Shown here piece by piece: positions 38,475-52,300 of a stretch of 64,000 nt of DNA. A program made the translations under genes and the position numbers. Each line of letters begins with the position of its first letter. The first letter of the stretch is position 1. Under the pieces are notes generated by a model. That model did not search any database, was not told where the DNA came from, and saw only the letters and a program-made list of their open reading frames with translations. This DNA is from Botryllus schlosseri (taxonomy: Eukaryota): positions 38,876,001 through 38,940,000 of the forward strand of contig CM119372.1 in NCBI GenBank assembly GCA_051294905.1, in the 5' to 3' direction.

Positions 38475-41082
38475 GGCTAGATGAAAAAAATCGGCTCAGT
38501 CGTACTACAAAGTTCTGAAATTCAATCTACTTGTTATTTTGACACGCTGAAGACTGTTTTAAATCAAAATACATCAACAGAATTGTATTTCGGGGTATTA
38601 AATCAATCATAATTGGTGATTTTCATGGATATCATGTACAGAAATAAACTTCAACCATAAGTATTTACCTAAATAGTCAAATAAAGTTGCATTAATTGAG
38701 TCAGTTTTATGTCAACCACTTATTTTAAATTCAAAATAATCAGTTGGAATATAATAATATTAACTTATCTCCAAGCAAAATTGGTTCTTGTACTATTTTC
38801 GGCTGTGAGCAATTCAGTGCAGTTTTTCGAAAAGTTCCAGCAATAGGCCTAGTCTGTCATAATATGTTCGTCGCATTTTGACCAGAAAGCTTCCAAGCAT
38901 GTTTAGCGTACAAAGGGCTCTCACTCTCACTCTTAAAAGTGGTATACTCGATAGGTATAGGCATAGGCGCCGACTTTAATTTTTTTACGAGATGGCGAAG
39001 TCTTGTGACGTCATAATTGTTCCATATCGATGACGTCATCGTCGCACGAAAACGCACTTTACTGCATGCCGCTGGTGTACGTGCAGAGTTAAACTATTCG
39101 CGTGACGTTTTAATATCGGCCCTGCACTTATTAATATCAAACCATGCAGTCGAGTTATTAAATGGAATCTCAAAACGGTACGATCATTTGAAGTGTAACT
39201 GCGGTCTGCGCTACCAGTCCGTCCGACGGAATCTGCAGTTGCATCAATGTTATTCACGCGCAATGCCCCGTATGAGTAACGAAATACACTACGCACTGGC
39301 CTTGCAAGTAACACACAACTCTCGAATGCTTCAAGCAGACAATAATGATAATTACAAACGCAAAATCGCACAGCTAATCAGTAATTGTCAATTGCGGTTT
39401 CTTGCTTCGCGTTGACCAACTCGCATCGCGGCAATCGTTTGAGCAATAAAACATTGATGCATTTCCCGATTTGCGTTCGCGAAGCTTTTCGGGAGTACAT
39501 CGGTCAATTCGTAATTTCAATCTGCATGTCGACGGCCGCTAACGCATACTAATTGAAATACATGTTGACGGCCGCACAAATTTCCTTCTAGGGGCGCGGG
39601 TTGGCCACCCCTGGGCTAGAATTAATCCCACTTCCGGACGCATGCCGCGAACTTACCAATAGAAATACACTGTCTATCTAATGCGTAATAGTTTAATATT
39701 CGATAGTGTTGTTCTCGATACGAGTACATCCAGCAATCAAGTTTATCGGAATGTAGAAGGCTCCCTGTTCAAACGAATCGAATAAAATCAGAATTTGTGC
39801 CACCCATAATCTTGTGATGCATCAATATTTGACAATGGCATGGCATGGCCTACTGCACGTTAACAATAAAAGGAACACTGTTCGGAGTACGAATGTATCA
39901 AGTAGATAACAAGAAATATGGATGATGGCAAGTGAGAAAGCGTGTATTCAAATCAGTATCGCCACGAATCGGTTTTGAATGTGACATCATATTGAGTAAC
40001 TTTCGTCGCGACAATTGTTTTCTCATTATATCGGTGTTTAAGCTGTATTGCTACATTTCCCGATTAATGTCACTGGCAAAGCCTTGTTAGAGAAACGAAT
40101 CTGCGCACAAATGAATTCCAATTTGCAGGCACACACCAACACACCCTCCAATTTCGCGCTCCGATTACCTATCACGAAGCTATAGCTAGCTCATGAATGA
40201 TTTTGTAAACGAATATGGGCGCACATAATTTAGATTTAAGAAAAACAGAACGTATATTTTGGGCGCCTGGTCGGGAGAGGAGATCTAGGATGGTGCTTCT
40301 CAGCACACGCTAGGCGCGTAGCCAGTCGAAAAGTTAGGGGGATTTGGATTTTTTTTAAATTTACCAATATAGCATCAATTGAATTCGGGTCATGTACGAT
40401 TGTACAATGTACACATGTGTAAATGGCGATCATATAATATCTTCGTATCGACGATTTTAGGCGTATGATAGGCTTGCCAAAGAGTCCGGGAGTGCTGTCA
40501 ATTAGTGAGTCCCTGATCTCCGGCAAACAATTAAATACGCGCGCGCATTACGCAGTCTCGGCTACAGTTTTCGCAAATCAAAATGTCAGAACTCGTTGAC
40601 ACCGATTTCAAACCTTTGTCGTATTTCAGAACTGGAGACATGATACACATCTTCTGATCGTTACGTTCGAGTATTAGCGGGAATCAATTTCGCACGTTAC
40701 AGTCTGTTTGCAGCGATTCGATGTTATTCAGTTTCGCGATGTCGCTTTTTAATTAATATGATATAAAACAATCACTAATTAGCGTAAACTCGACCGCATT
40801 GTCTCCAAACCAGCGAGAGATAGGAGCCAAAGCATGCTAGGCCCGAGACGCGATAGTTAGGCCATAGGCTAGCAATGATATCTTTCACTCCAGGCCTATT
40901 GCATATGCTATTGTGTAGGCTAGCGATGATATCGTGCACGCCAGGCCGAAGCCGCCAATGCAGATGCGATTGCGCAGTTAAGCGATGATATAGTGTGAAC
41001 TGGGCCTATTGCAAATGCGATTGTTGAAACCTGCGCAACCAGGCTTGATCGAGACGCGATAAATCAGGCTAGCGACGATCAG

Positions 41083-41250
41083 TAGGGGTCTCAGCTTTTC
41101 CGTGGCCACTTACTGGCCACAGATTTTTTTGTGGCCGGCCACGAATATCTCGTGGCCGGCCATGAAAATGCGTTGTCTCGTGGCCGGCCACAGTGAATTT
41201 CGTGGCCGGCCATACAAATTCATCGTGGCCGGCCACGGGTTCATGGCCAG
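41083..41250. repeat. TGGCCGGCCA palindrome array (left)
   Basis: About 5 copies at 20-27-bp spacing after TAGGGGTCTCAGC. Confidence 0.8.
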
Positions 41251-42003
41251 TTCGTGATTATGGCACATCTAGTTGGATCAAAATCCGCCATTTGCATCCA
41301 ATTTGCCAATACTCAAGTAGATCTTCTTCAGTTGCAATACGAACTTGCTGGCGGTAAGGTTTGTATAGACGACTTTCACTATTATCGCACGTACTTAAGT
41401 CACATTACCACTTTATTGAGTAGTTTAGGGATGGGTTCAAAATTTGCACGGCTTTACACGTGTTTACCTTCTGTGTTCGCTGTAGAAATGAATTTAATTC
41501 CCACTGACTATTGAAAAAGTACTCTGGGGCGATGCGTTGTAAACTAACACCGAAACATATGTTCCTTGAACTTCCTTATAGAATCTATATAAATATTTGA
41601 TAGAGTAATGTATGCGCGTACATCTTATTGCTCGGTCAGACAGACGTCTTTATATTAAAAATGGTGTCCACACAGCTTCCACGCCAGGCGATCAACACAA
41701 TGGGATTGCGTGGAAAGATAAAACCGTGGTGCGGACTCGATAGCCTTGCAGCTTCTTCGCATCTCCATCGCCCAAGCCCATTAGTGATGCAAACGTAGAT
41801 AATCTGACTCCCTGCCCCTCCTTCCTTTTCTACATAAAGAAACCGTCATATTTTGCTACAAAAAGTTTGTTTATTCCGTTACCAATTTCACAAAATCTGA
41901 AACAATTGAAGATATGATTACAATCATTCACAATTCATATACAAGTAGTTGAATGCAATGTGTTCAATACATGCTTTTCACAGAAAACACCTAGGGGCAC
42001 GAG

Positions 42004-45000
42004 AGTAGTATAGTAGATCGGTCGTGAGGTGGCAGGGGTTCTTATGGGCCCGCTGGTGACTCGCCGCGAAACTCGTGTTGGTGATTCGCCCTTTTCGACC
42101 CCCCCTATCGCTGGTGAGTCGCCATGTGTTCTTATGGGTGCGGCCGTGATTCGCCCTTTCAGGTATAGGCTGCGTCGGTGACTCGCCGCGAAAACTCGTG
42201 TTGGTGACTCGCCTTTTTTACTATAGGCGGTGGCGGTGATTCGCCTGTCGTGTATTCTTACGCGGTCTCTGGTGACTCGCCATGTGTTCTTATGGGTGCG
42301 GCCGTGAATCGCCCTTTCGGGTATAGTCAACTCTCGCGCTGTGTTGAATATGTATCAAGTAAATAGTCACGTGATTGATTCTTAGATAATGTGTATATTA
42401 CAAATTATTAAATATGACCGATTCGAGTTAATCCCAACGTTTACGGTGAGTGCGACAATGATATATCGTTATTCTTATGGTGGGGGTGGCAAGCGGCTAT
42501 TGTGTCTTGCGGTCGCACGGTAACCCTTTTCAGCATAGGGATCGGTCGCAAGCGGCTCTTATGTCTTATCGCGGAGGTGGCATACGGCTATTGCGTCTTA
42601 TGGCGAGGGTGGCAAGCGGCTATTGTGTCTTGTGGTCGCAGATCTCTGGTGATTCGCTGAATGAACCTTTGTTAATGTGTATATCGTAAATTATTATATA
42701 TGATGTAGTTTAGTCGTGACAAATGACCGATCGTGTTCTAAGTCTTTCCTCGCTATTGATCGCTAGCTGAATAAGACTTCAGATCGGGTTATTCGCACCT
42801 TGTATACCGCTGTTTCGCACCTACAGAATAGTCTGCTGTCCACAGTCGTGACTTCACCGCGATAGCACAATATTCGCAGGTAATATTTCCGCAATAAGTT
42901 TGTCACAGAGCCGTCGCACAATATCCGCGTTCACAAACTAACACTCCAAAAAGGTGTGAAATATTGGTAAAATCCCGCGATCGCTCACAAGATAATACCT
43001 AAGACATAACCATCGCTTGCGACTCGCTGTTACATACATGCCGATCGTTGACAATGTAATATTTTGGTAATTGGTTTGCCACAGAGCCGGCGTAGACGGT
43101 GACTCAAATATCAACAATAGCCGCGTTCACAAACCAACACTTCAAAAACGCGTGAAATAGGTTACAAATCCCACGATAGCTCACAAGATAACACCAAAGA
43201 CATCACCATTTCTCGCGTCTTGTCATTACATACATCCCAATCGCTACAGTGTAATGTGTCGATGGTTGTTACTATCAAGTAATAAGTCATGAATAACAGT
43301 ACCAGCGCAGACCGTGATTCGAAAACCAACAATTTGACACTTACCCGCGATCGCTATATGTTTCATGCCTCTCGAATAGTGGCTGACTTTAGTTGCGTGA
43401 TAAGATCCATGAAAATATTCAATCAATGTGTTAGTTTGTCAACTTGAAATGTAACTCACTACACAGATCAAGTTGAATCGTATTTGAATGTGTTGATCCG
43501 GTACAACTCTAATCCTTTGAGAAATCCATTTACCGCGATCTGTTGATTCGAACGTAACCTGAATATTACTGACTCCAACTTCAGTCGCGTCGGATTATTC
43601 ACACATTCCACGCCGCTGTTTCACACCTATAGAGTCAATACCAACTATAACTCTACAAGAATCACAAGTATGTGCATTATACAGTTATTTTCTTTATCAA
43701 CATGAATTTAAACTCTTAACAAAAACACGCAACTATAATCATTTGCCAACTCTAGCATTACCAAAAAATTCAGGTATTGTTGATTGAAAATCCTTGAATC
43801 CGTATTATTAAGAGTTTTATAGTACGACGTCGGAATCCACTCGCGAGATGTACTAAAGGTAAATCCAGATAATCCAAAATGAAATATTTGGACTTTGACA
43901 TAGTCTGAATTGAAATAGATTGACAAACATGACTAACAACTTTCAACTTAGTCATATTTAGAGATTATACGCACATTGATTCGAAACAAGTAATGAAACA
44001 TTACAACTCGATTCGCGACCTGTCTTTACGTTTGTCAAAGAGAGCTTCAGAAATATTATCACTATGACATCTCAACATTTTAACATCTTGCCATCAACAA
44101 AAGAGTAAAATACAAAAACCTTGTCAAGTCAATCCGTTTGTAACTCACCGAACCAAAGCAAAAAAGTGTCCATACGAAAAGTAGACAAGACTACGCAAGT
44201 AATCACTACAACCCACAAACATATCAAGTTCGGTTTTAGGCATATACCACCAACTCGTCTTTTTGTTCAACTGTAAAAGTCGTTACTATGCCGCAAGACA
44301 AAGAAATTACTATGCGGTATATTTTGTAAGACAAAAGTAATTACTTCTCGGTGTCGGCGACTTGAGGTTAACATAATATATTTGAGTATACGACATTTGA
44401 AAGTATGACCATCGTAGTTTCTTACAATCGAACGCAGGTGTTATATCGAAAATTATCGTGATGTAAACATAAGGATTGTCACATCGATTTAACATATGAG
44501 ATTTCGTAATGGTCTATCATGACTTGATTATTAAATTATTCGCGTTAATTAGACCCGGCGTTGTGGTAAAGGTTATTATGACAGCAACAAACTTTTCAGT
44601 ATCGTTGTTATTAACATATTGAGTTGTAAAACTATGCGTGTCTGAAATGTTCTTTAATGGAAAATTATTCCACCTTGGTACATATCACCCTGCGTATCGC
44701 GGATATCAGAAAATATTTTACAAATGTAATTGTCTCCACTAACCAAGACTAAAGATGAAACAACAATTTCCTTTGTTAAACAATAACCGGTACAATACTT
44801 TATCATCGTAATCAGCAGTGAGAATTGAAACACTTTCGCACATTATCCGGTGTCAAGATATCACACTGGGTGAATTGACATACAGCCGCTTGATTAATAC
44901 TTAATCCATTCGCACCATTTCACATACTTTGATCATTACAAAAGTAAATTGGAATATGTTTGCTGATGCATTCAATTCAGTTAGAAATATCTGGTACACA

Positions 45001-48000
45001 ACAATCGTAATATCAAGGAAGTACTTGCTACGCTGTAATCCACTTAACGTGTTTTGCATTGTTGTTCATTTGTAGTATTGATTGTTTTTGAACCCTCAAA
45101 TAATAATTGCCGACATGAAACCAAACCGCTGAAAGTCGTTACCATCACAACGAAACAATTTGTACGATGTTTTTCAAATGCATCCTATAGTTAGGTGTAC
45201 TAGAATTATTTGTGTAACACATACGCCGACAATGCAATCGAAAATTTTTCCGTTGTCATTCGCTAAAGTAAATGTCATCACAATACTCATCAAGCTGTCA
45301 TCTGTAAATCAAGATTACATCCAACTTGTAGCTGTGTCGTTTAACTACCGGGTTGCATCAGTTTGCTATTTTTGTCATTTAGTGACTGCTGAACATACCA
45401 AACGATACACATTCACTTACGAAATACTGTGTTGGTCGTAATTTCCATCATCGTGATAATCGAAGTACATTTGTTTCGAGTTCATAACAACCGACTACTT
45501 TTCTATGACCCGATATATTTTTGACAAGTTATGCTTAGAAGATTGGTGCATCTCGCGAAAAATAATATACCACTCATATTGATACTGCTACTCCATCGAC
45601 CGGTATTTTCAAACGAGTCGATTTTCAACCGAGCAAAATGTATTACTCGAGTTGTCCTGCTTACTATATTTAAATGTAAACTCACCCGTCTTTCAACAAC
45701 AAACAATGATAAAAAGTACACAAGCAAACACAACAAGTTTTACTTTTGTAGGACACTAATTATTATTCCACGCATCTCATTTCATACTAAGTGTATATGA
45801 AAGATATTCATGGTACACGAATATATTCGCTCATGCTACGAACATACGCAATGATTGGTGACGCTTTCACACTATTTCGATTTAGTGTAACAAAAACAAC
45901 AACAACAATTTTCACTCTCTTGACTTATGAAAACAACAGACGAACCTTCATTCAATATTTTGTTTTTGTCAACTAGTTACTTTTTCATGAGACCCCCACT
46001 ACTCTTACAAAAGTACGAAAGATATTTACATCACACAAAGTAATCAACTTTACTCGATATTCCCATGCTACGAACCTGTACAATGATTGGTGACGCTTTC
46101 AAACTGTTTCGTTACCTCAAGACCTTTATTGTCTGAATGGTTGTTCATGTATCTTATTAATCAAATAGTTCAACACACAACAATAGTACGAACAGAAACA
46201 TCAGAGTTGTTTACACAAAAGTTTGTATGCGTACAGTATGCGAATACCATGTGTAAGTCGAGCGCAATTGCGGTATCCATCCAAGTTTAGTTAACACAAA
46301 TTCATTACAACGGAGCCGCGTAAACTTTCGTGAAAGAAAAGCATACCCACTTCCCGAGGGGTCTGTCAATGTCATAACAATAAACCAGATACTCCAACAA
46401 CAGAGTACATATGTTTTCTAGTCACGATCCTTACATCTTTCACATAGATCAATCTACTTTGCTATCGAAAAGTGCTGAGTCATCATATGGTTATCCTCAC
46501 TAGTAAAACATACTATCATACAAAATGGTCGTTATAGTTTGCACACCAACGGTACATCGTACAAGTAACAAGTCTCGAGAATCCAGTTATTCAAAAAACG
46601 TGAAAGTATTTCTACACCAAGTCGTTATGTTGACGAAAGCGTATATTGTAATACCATGATCGATTTGCATTCGTTGGTCACAAACTGTCACTACTCTAAA
46701 TAATTATTTTTCACTCAAACACAAAAGCATACTTGTCGCCAATCGTTTTCATCAAGTACGAGTTCAAGAAACTTACTACGACATGAATTTTTATTTTTAT
46801 GTAGTGTAAATAGGTAATAATTAATTCAAGTAACACTATATCAACATCATCGAGTTGTGCTAATAGATTTACATGTCTTGTGGTTTTCATCGGGACATAC
46901 AGCACGAACTAACTGTAGACTCCTCTCTGTTGTACAGCTACTCGGTAATCGAAATGCATTAACATGTAAACAACGATCTTGTTTCGTCACACCAAAAATA
47001 TGTTCACTGTCGCGATACTCCGCACAAGACGTGCATAGCCTTTGCACACTCGTAATAGTATACCAACGTCAAGCGATAACCTTTAACAAGACCAACGACA
47101 CTGAACCCACGACGTTTACCTATGTAAAATTACCACTTTCACTTGCCAGTCCATCGTTTACCTGACTAAACATATTATTTTCCTTTGGAGATCTGACGTT
47201 TACCCAGAGTAAGAAACCATTTTCACTTGTAAATATATTTTTTCCTTGGCTAACAAACCTTTTTTCACTTGGAAATATAGTTTTTCCTTGGCTAACAAAC
47301 CTTTTTTCACTTGGAAATATATTTTTTCCTTGGCTAACAAACCTTTTTCACTTGGAAATATATTTTTTCTCTGGCTAACAAACCTTTTTCACTTGGAAAT
47401 ATATTTTTCCCTGGGTAACAAACCTTTTTTTCCCTGAGCAACAAACCATTCTGACTTGGTGGTCCGTCGTTTAGCCGAGTAAAAAGATCATTTTCCTTTG
47501 GAGATCCGGCGTTTACCCAGTGTAACAATACATTTTCACTTGGAAAAATACTTTTACCTAGAGTAACTAATCATTTTCTCCTGGGTAACAATCCCTTTCC
47601 GTCTGGAAACTATCATTTAACTGAGTACCAATACCGTTTTCACTTGGAAATACATTTTTTCCCTGGGTAACAATACCATTTTCGTTTTGAAAACTGACAA
47701 CCACACCGGTCAATTTGATATTTTTGTATATTGTTACAACGAACAGCGACGGAAATATACACAGACTACCGGTTTCAGAGTACACCCCATCGGTCGTATC
47801 ACGTCAATATCATCGGTTAACCACATACAATATACTCTTGTACACCGAAATGCACGCTTTGGAAAATTGGACAATAGGCCTCGATAGTTCTGTGATGTCC
47901 GGGTTCGTGCTTTGGATTTTCCAGAGTCAAAATGTCTGAATAAAACACCTCCTCGACTTTGGTACACGGATATGGTCGGAAAACGGTTGGATTTATGTCA

Positions 48001-48394
48001 CCCATCGCGATAACAATTCCTGGTCGAGTTTTCCTCCCGCATGTTTACTATATTGTGTCTTTATTGGTCAATGTATGTCTCGACATTCAGTTTGAAATCG
48101 GAAATGATAAAGTATGTAACCGGATCCGGATATCAACTCTGAATCGATAAACCAATGAACAATATTCAAAGTAAACATGTCACACCCTGTGTTTCCACGA
48201 AAAAATACCATCCAGACATACATCGCGCTTGTTTGCCCACACCAGTATACGCGCAAATGGAGGTGTGTGACATTGCATGCAATGTGTTGGTATACAAACA
48301 TCGATCCACAGACATTATCATAGCTGGTAGTTTTGATGTAGATCGAATGTCACCCGATAACAATACCAATAAGCCACATTGCAATGACTCTGAG
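42004..48394 (+). repeat. Left inverted arm (~6.39 kb)
   Basis: Reverse complement of 49346-55744. Confidence 0.97.
47215..47430. repeat. ~41-42-bp tandem repeat (about 5 copies plus diverged flanking units), mirrored at 50318-50533
   Basis: Unit TTGGCTAACAAACCTTTTTTCACTTGGAAATATATTTTTTCC. Confidence 0.9.
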
Positions 48395-49345
48395 GTAATC
48401 TGAAGCATGACATACAGACACACAAACATGGAACCGTAACATGGGTTATTCGCACGGCGGTGAAAGTGAACTGTACAGTACATACCAATATTGCGATCAC
48501 AGTCAAATATGCAAACCGTGTACAATCATATAACCAGGTTTTTGTCTGATATGTACAAATCCAATAAATCGATACATTTCTTTTCCCTGGACATCAATAA
48601 TACAATCACCATTCAAATGCATCACTCGAATGTGAGGTTCGTCTGGTGTAAAATCCATATCAAATAACACCAAAGTGTGCCTTCCGTGTTTTATCATTTC
48701 CACCGACGCTTCTTGTCTGTGTCGTAACACTATGGTGCTGGGACTTGAAAAACGACGGATTGTGAAACGGATTGACATGATCTTCGATATGACCAACAGA
48801 ATCGACGTCAATAGCCTTGTGACGATGTCGTTTCAAAATGTTACCGATATGACGAGCGAAACCTCGATCCCTTGCGGTGATGACCGTTTCGAAATGTGGC
48901 TGGACGAATGGGACCCTCAAGATGGCGTGTTTTATGATTGTGTGAAATCACGAGGTAGTGTTCTATTTGTGGTGTACGATTGCAGTCTTCACAGAAACAC
49001 ACCTTATTGGATCACAGTATCAGTCCGAGATTTGCAGAATCACTGTTCGCGATATTTATCTGGAGTCGTTATGTGGGAGTAGCGACATCCATGCATCGTG
49101 ATTTAGTGAAAGACTGATCGCAATCATTTCGAGCACCGTACTTCGATAGTTCACATTGGTCAAACGCTGTAGCCTCAGCAGAAAACTTCGGTTCTCGACA
49201 ACACGCTGGATATTGATCGATGTATCCAATTGATCTGGGTGGTCTGTCTGGAGATAGGGTCATGACTATCTTGTAATGTTACAACGCGATAACACCATCG
49301 AGTAAATCAGTGAACGGTATCGAAATATCGATGTAATAGCGCGGA

Positions 49346-52300
49346 CTCAGAGTCATTGCAATGTGGCTTATTGGTATTGTTATCGGGTGACATTCGATCT
49401 ACATCAAAACTACCAGCTATGATAATGTCTGTGGATCGATGTTTGTATACCAACACATTGCATGCAATGTCACACACCTCCATTTGCGCGTATACTGGTG
49501 TGGGCAAACAAGCGTGATGTATGTCTGGATGGTATTTTTTCGTGGAAACACAGGGTGTGACATGTTTACTTTGAATATTGTTCATTGGTTTATCGATTCA
49601 GAGTTGATATCCGGATCCGGTTACATACTTTATCATTTCCGATTTCAAACTGAATGTCGAGACATACATTGACCAATAAAGACACAATATAGTAAACATG
49701 CGGGAGGAAAACTCGACCTGGAATTGTTATCGCGATGGGTGACATAAATCCAACCGTTTTCCGAACACCGTTATCCACATACCAACCGTCGTCGAGGAGG
49801 TGTTTTATTCAGACATTTTGACTCTGGAAAATCTAAAGCACGAACCCGGACATCACAGAACTATCGCAGCCTATTGTCCAATTTTCCAAAGCGTGCATTT
49901 CGGTGTACAAGAGTATATTGTATGTGGTTAACCGATGATATTGACGTGATACGACCGATGGGGTGTACTCTGAAACCGGTAGTCTGTGTATATTTCCGTC
50001 GCTGTTCGTTGTAACAATATACAAAAATATCAAATTGACCGGTGTGGTTGTCAGTTTTCAAAACGAAAATGGTATTGTTACCCAGGGAAAAAATGTATTT
50101 CCAAGTGAAAACGGTATTGGTACTCAGTTAAATGATAGTTTCCAGACGGAAAGGGATTGTTACCCAGGAGAAAATGATTAGTTACTCTAGGTAAAAGTAT
50201 TTTTCCAAGTGAAAATGTATTGTTACACTGGGTAAACGCCGGATCTCCAAAGGAAAATGATCTTTTTACTCGGCTAAACGACGGACCACCAAGTCAGAAT
50301 GGTTTGTTGCTCAGGGAAAAAAAGGTTTGTTACCCAGGGAAAAATATATTTCCAAGTGAAAAAGGTTTGTTAGCCAGAGAAAAAATATATTTCCAAGTGA
50401 AAAAGGTTTGTTAGCCAAGGAAAAAATATATTTCCAAGTGAAAAAAGGTTTGTTAGCCAAGGAAAAACTATATTTCCAAGTGAAAAAAGGTTTGTTAGCC
50501 AAGGAAAAAATATATTTACAAGTGAAAATGGTTTCTTACTCTGGGTAAACGTCAGATCTCCAAAGGAAAATAATATGTTTAGTCAGGTAAACGATGGACT
50601 GGCAAGTGAAAGTGGTAATTTTACATAGGTAAACGTCGTGGGTTCAGTGTCGTTGGTCTTGTTAAAGGTTATCGCTTGACGTTGGTATACTATTACGAGT
50701 GTGCAAAGGCTATGCACGTCTTGTGCGGAGTATCGCGACAGTGAACATATTTTTGGTGTGACGAAACAAGATCGTTGTTTACATGTTAATGCATTTCGAT
50801 TACCGAGTAGCTGTACAACAGAGAGGAGTCTACAGTTAGTTCGTGCTGTATGTCCCGATGAAAACCACAAGACATGTAAATCTATTAGCACAACTCGATG
50901 ATGTTGATATAGTGTTACTTGAATTAATTATTACCTATTTACACTACATAAAAATAAAAATTCATGTCGTAGTAAGTTTCTTGAACTCGTACTTGATGAA
51001 AACGATTGGCGACAAGTATGCTTTTGTGTTTGAGTGAAAAATAATTATTTAGAGTAGTGACAGTTTGTGACCAACGAATGCAAATCGATCATGGTATTAC
51101 AATATACGCTTTCGTCAACATAACGACTTGGTGTAGAAATACTTTCACGTTTTTTGAATAACTGGATTCTCGAGACTTGTTACTTGTACGATGTACCGTT
51201 GGTGTGCAAACTATAACGACCATTTTGTATGATAGTATGTTTTACTAGTGAGGATAACCATATGATGACTCAGCACTTTTCGATAGCAAAGTAGATTGAT
51301 CTATGTGAAAGATGTAAGGATCGTGACTAGAAAACATATGTACTCTGTTGTTGGAGTATCTGGTTTATTGTTATGACATTGACAGACCCCTCGGGAAGTG
51401 GGTATGCTTTTCTTTCACGAAAGTTTACGCGGCTCCGTTGTAATGAATTTGTGTTAACTAAACTTGGATGGATACCGCAATTGCGCTCGACTTACACATG
51501 GTATTCGCATACTGTACGCATACAAACTTTTGTGTAAACAACTCTGATGTTTCTGTTCGTACTATTGTTGTGTGTTGAACTATTTGATTAATAAGATACA
51601 TGAACAACCATTCAGACAATAAAGGTCTTGAGGTAACGAAACAGTTTGAAAGCGTCACCAATCATTGTACAGGTTCGTAGCATGGGAATATCGAGTAAAG
51701 TTGATTACTTTGTGTGATGTAAATATCTTTCGTACTTTTGTAAGAGTAGTGGGGGTCTCATGAAAAAGTAACTAGTTGACAAAAACAAAATATTGAATGA
51801 AGGTTCGTCTGTTGTTTTCATAAGTCAAGAGAGTGAAAATTGTTGTTGTTGTTTTTGTTACACTAAATCGAAATAGTGTGAAAGCGTCACCAATCATTGC
51901 GTATGTTCGTAGCATGAGCGAATATATTCGTGTACCATGAATATCTTTCATATACACTTAGTATGAAATGAGATGCGTGGAATAATAATTAGTGTCCTAC
52001 AAAAGTAAAACTTGTTGTGTTTGCTTGTGTACTTTTTATCATTGTTTGTTGTTGAAAGACGGGTGAGTTTACATTTAAATATAGTAAGCAGGACAACTCG
52101 AGTAATACATTTTGCTCGGTTGAAAATCGACTCGTTTGAAAATACCGGTCGATGGAGTAGCAGTATCAATATGAGTGGTATATTATTTTTCGCGAGATGC
52201 ACCAATCTTCTAAGCATAACTTGTCAAAAATATATCGGGTCATAGAAAAGTAGTCGGTTGTTATGAACTCGAAACAAATGTACTTCGATTATCACGATGA

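Noticed and set aside
40830..41080. Degenerate ~55-bp tandem repeat (GCTAGC.ATGATAT...GGCCTATTGCA)
   Set aside because: Appears real but is too eroded to assign any function
41100..41250. GGCCGGCC arrays (also 62654-62865) as CRISPR
   Set aside because: The repeat is only ~10 bp with 10-17-bp related spacers; subterminal transposon motifs explain it better
47215..47430. CRISPR-like array
   Set aside because: Units are head-to-tail with no unique spacers, there are no cas genes, and the context is eukaryotic
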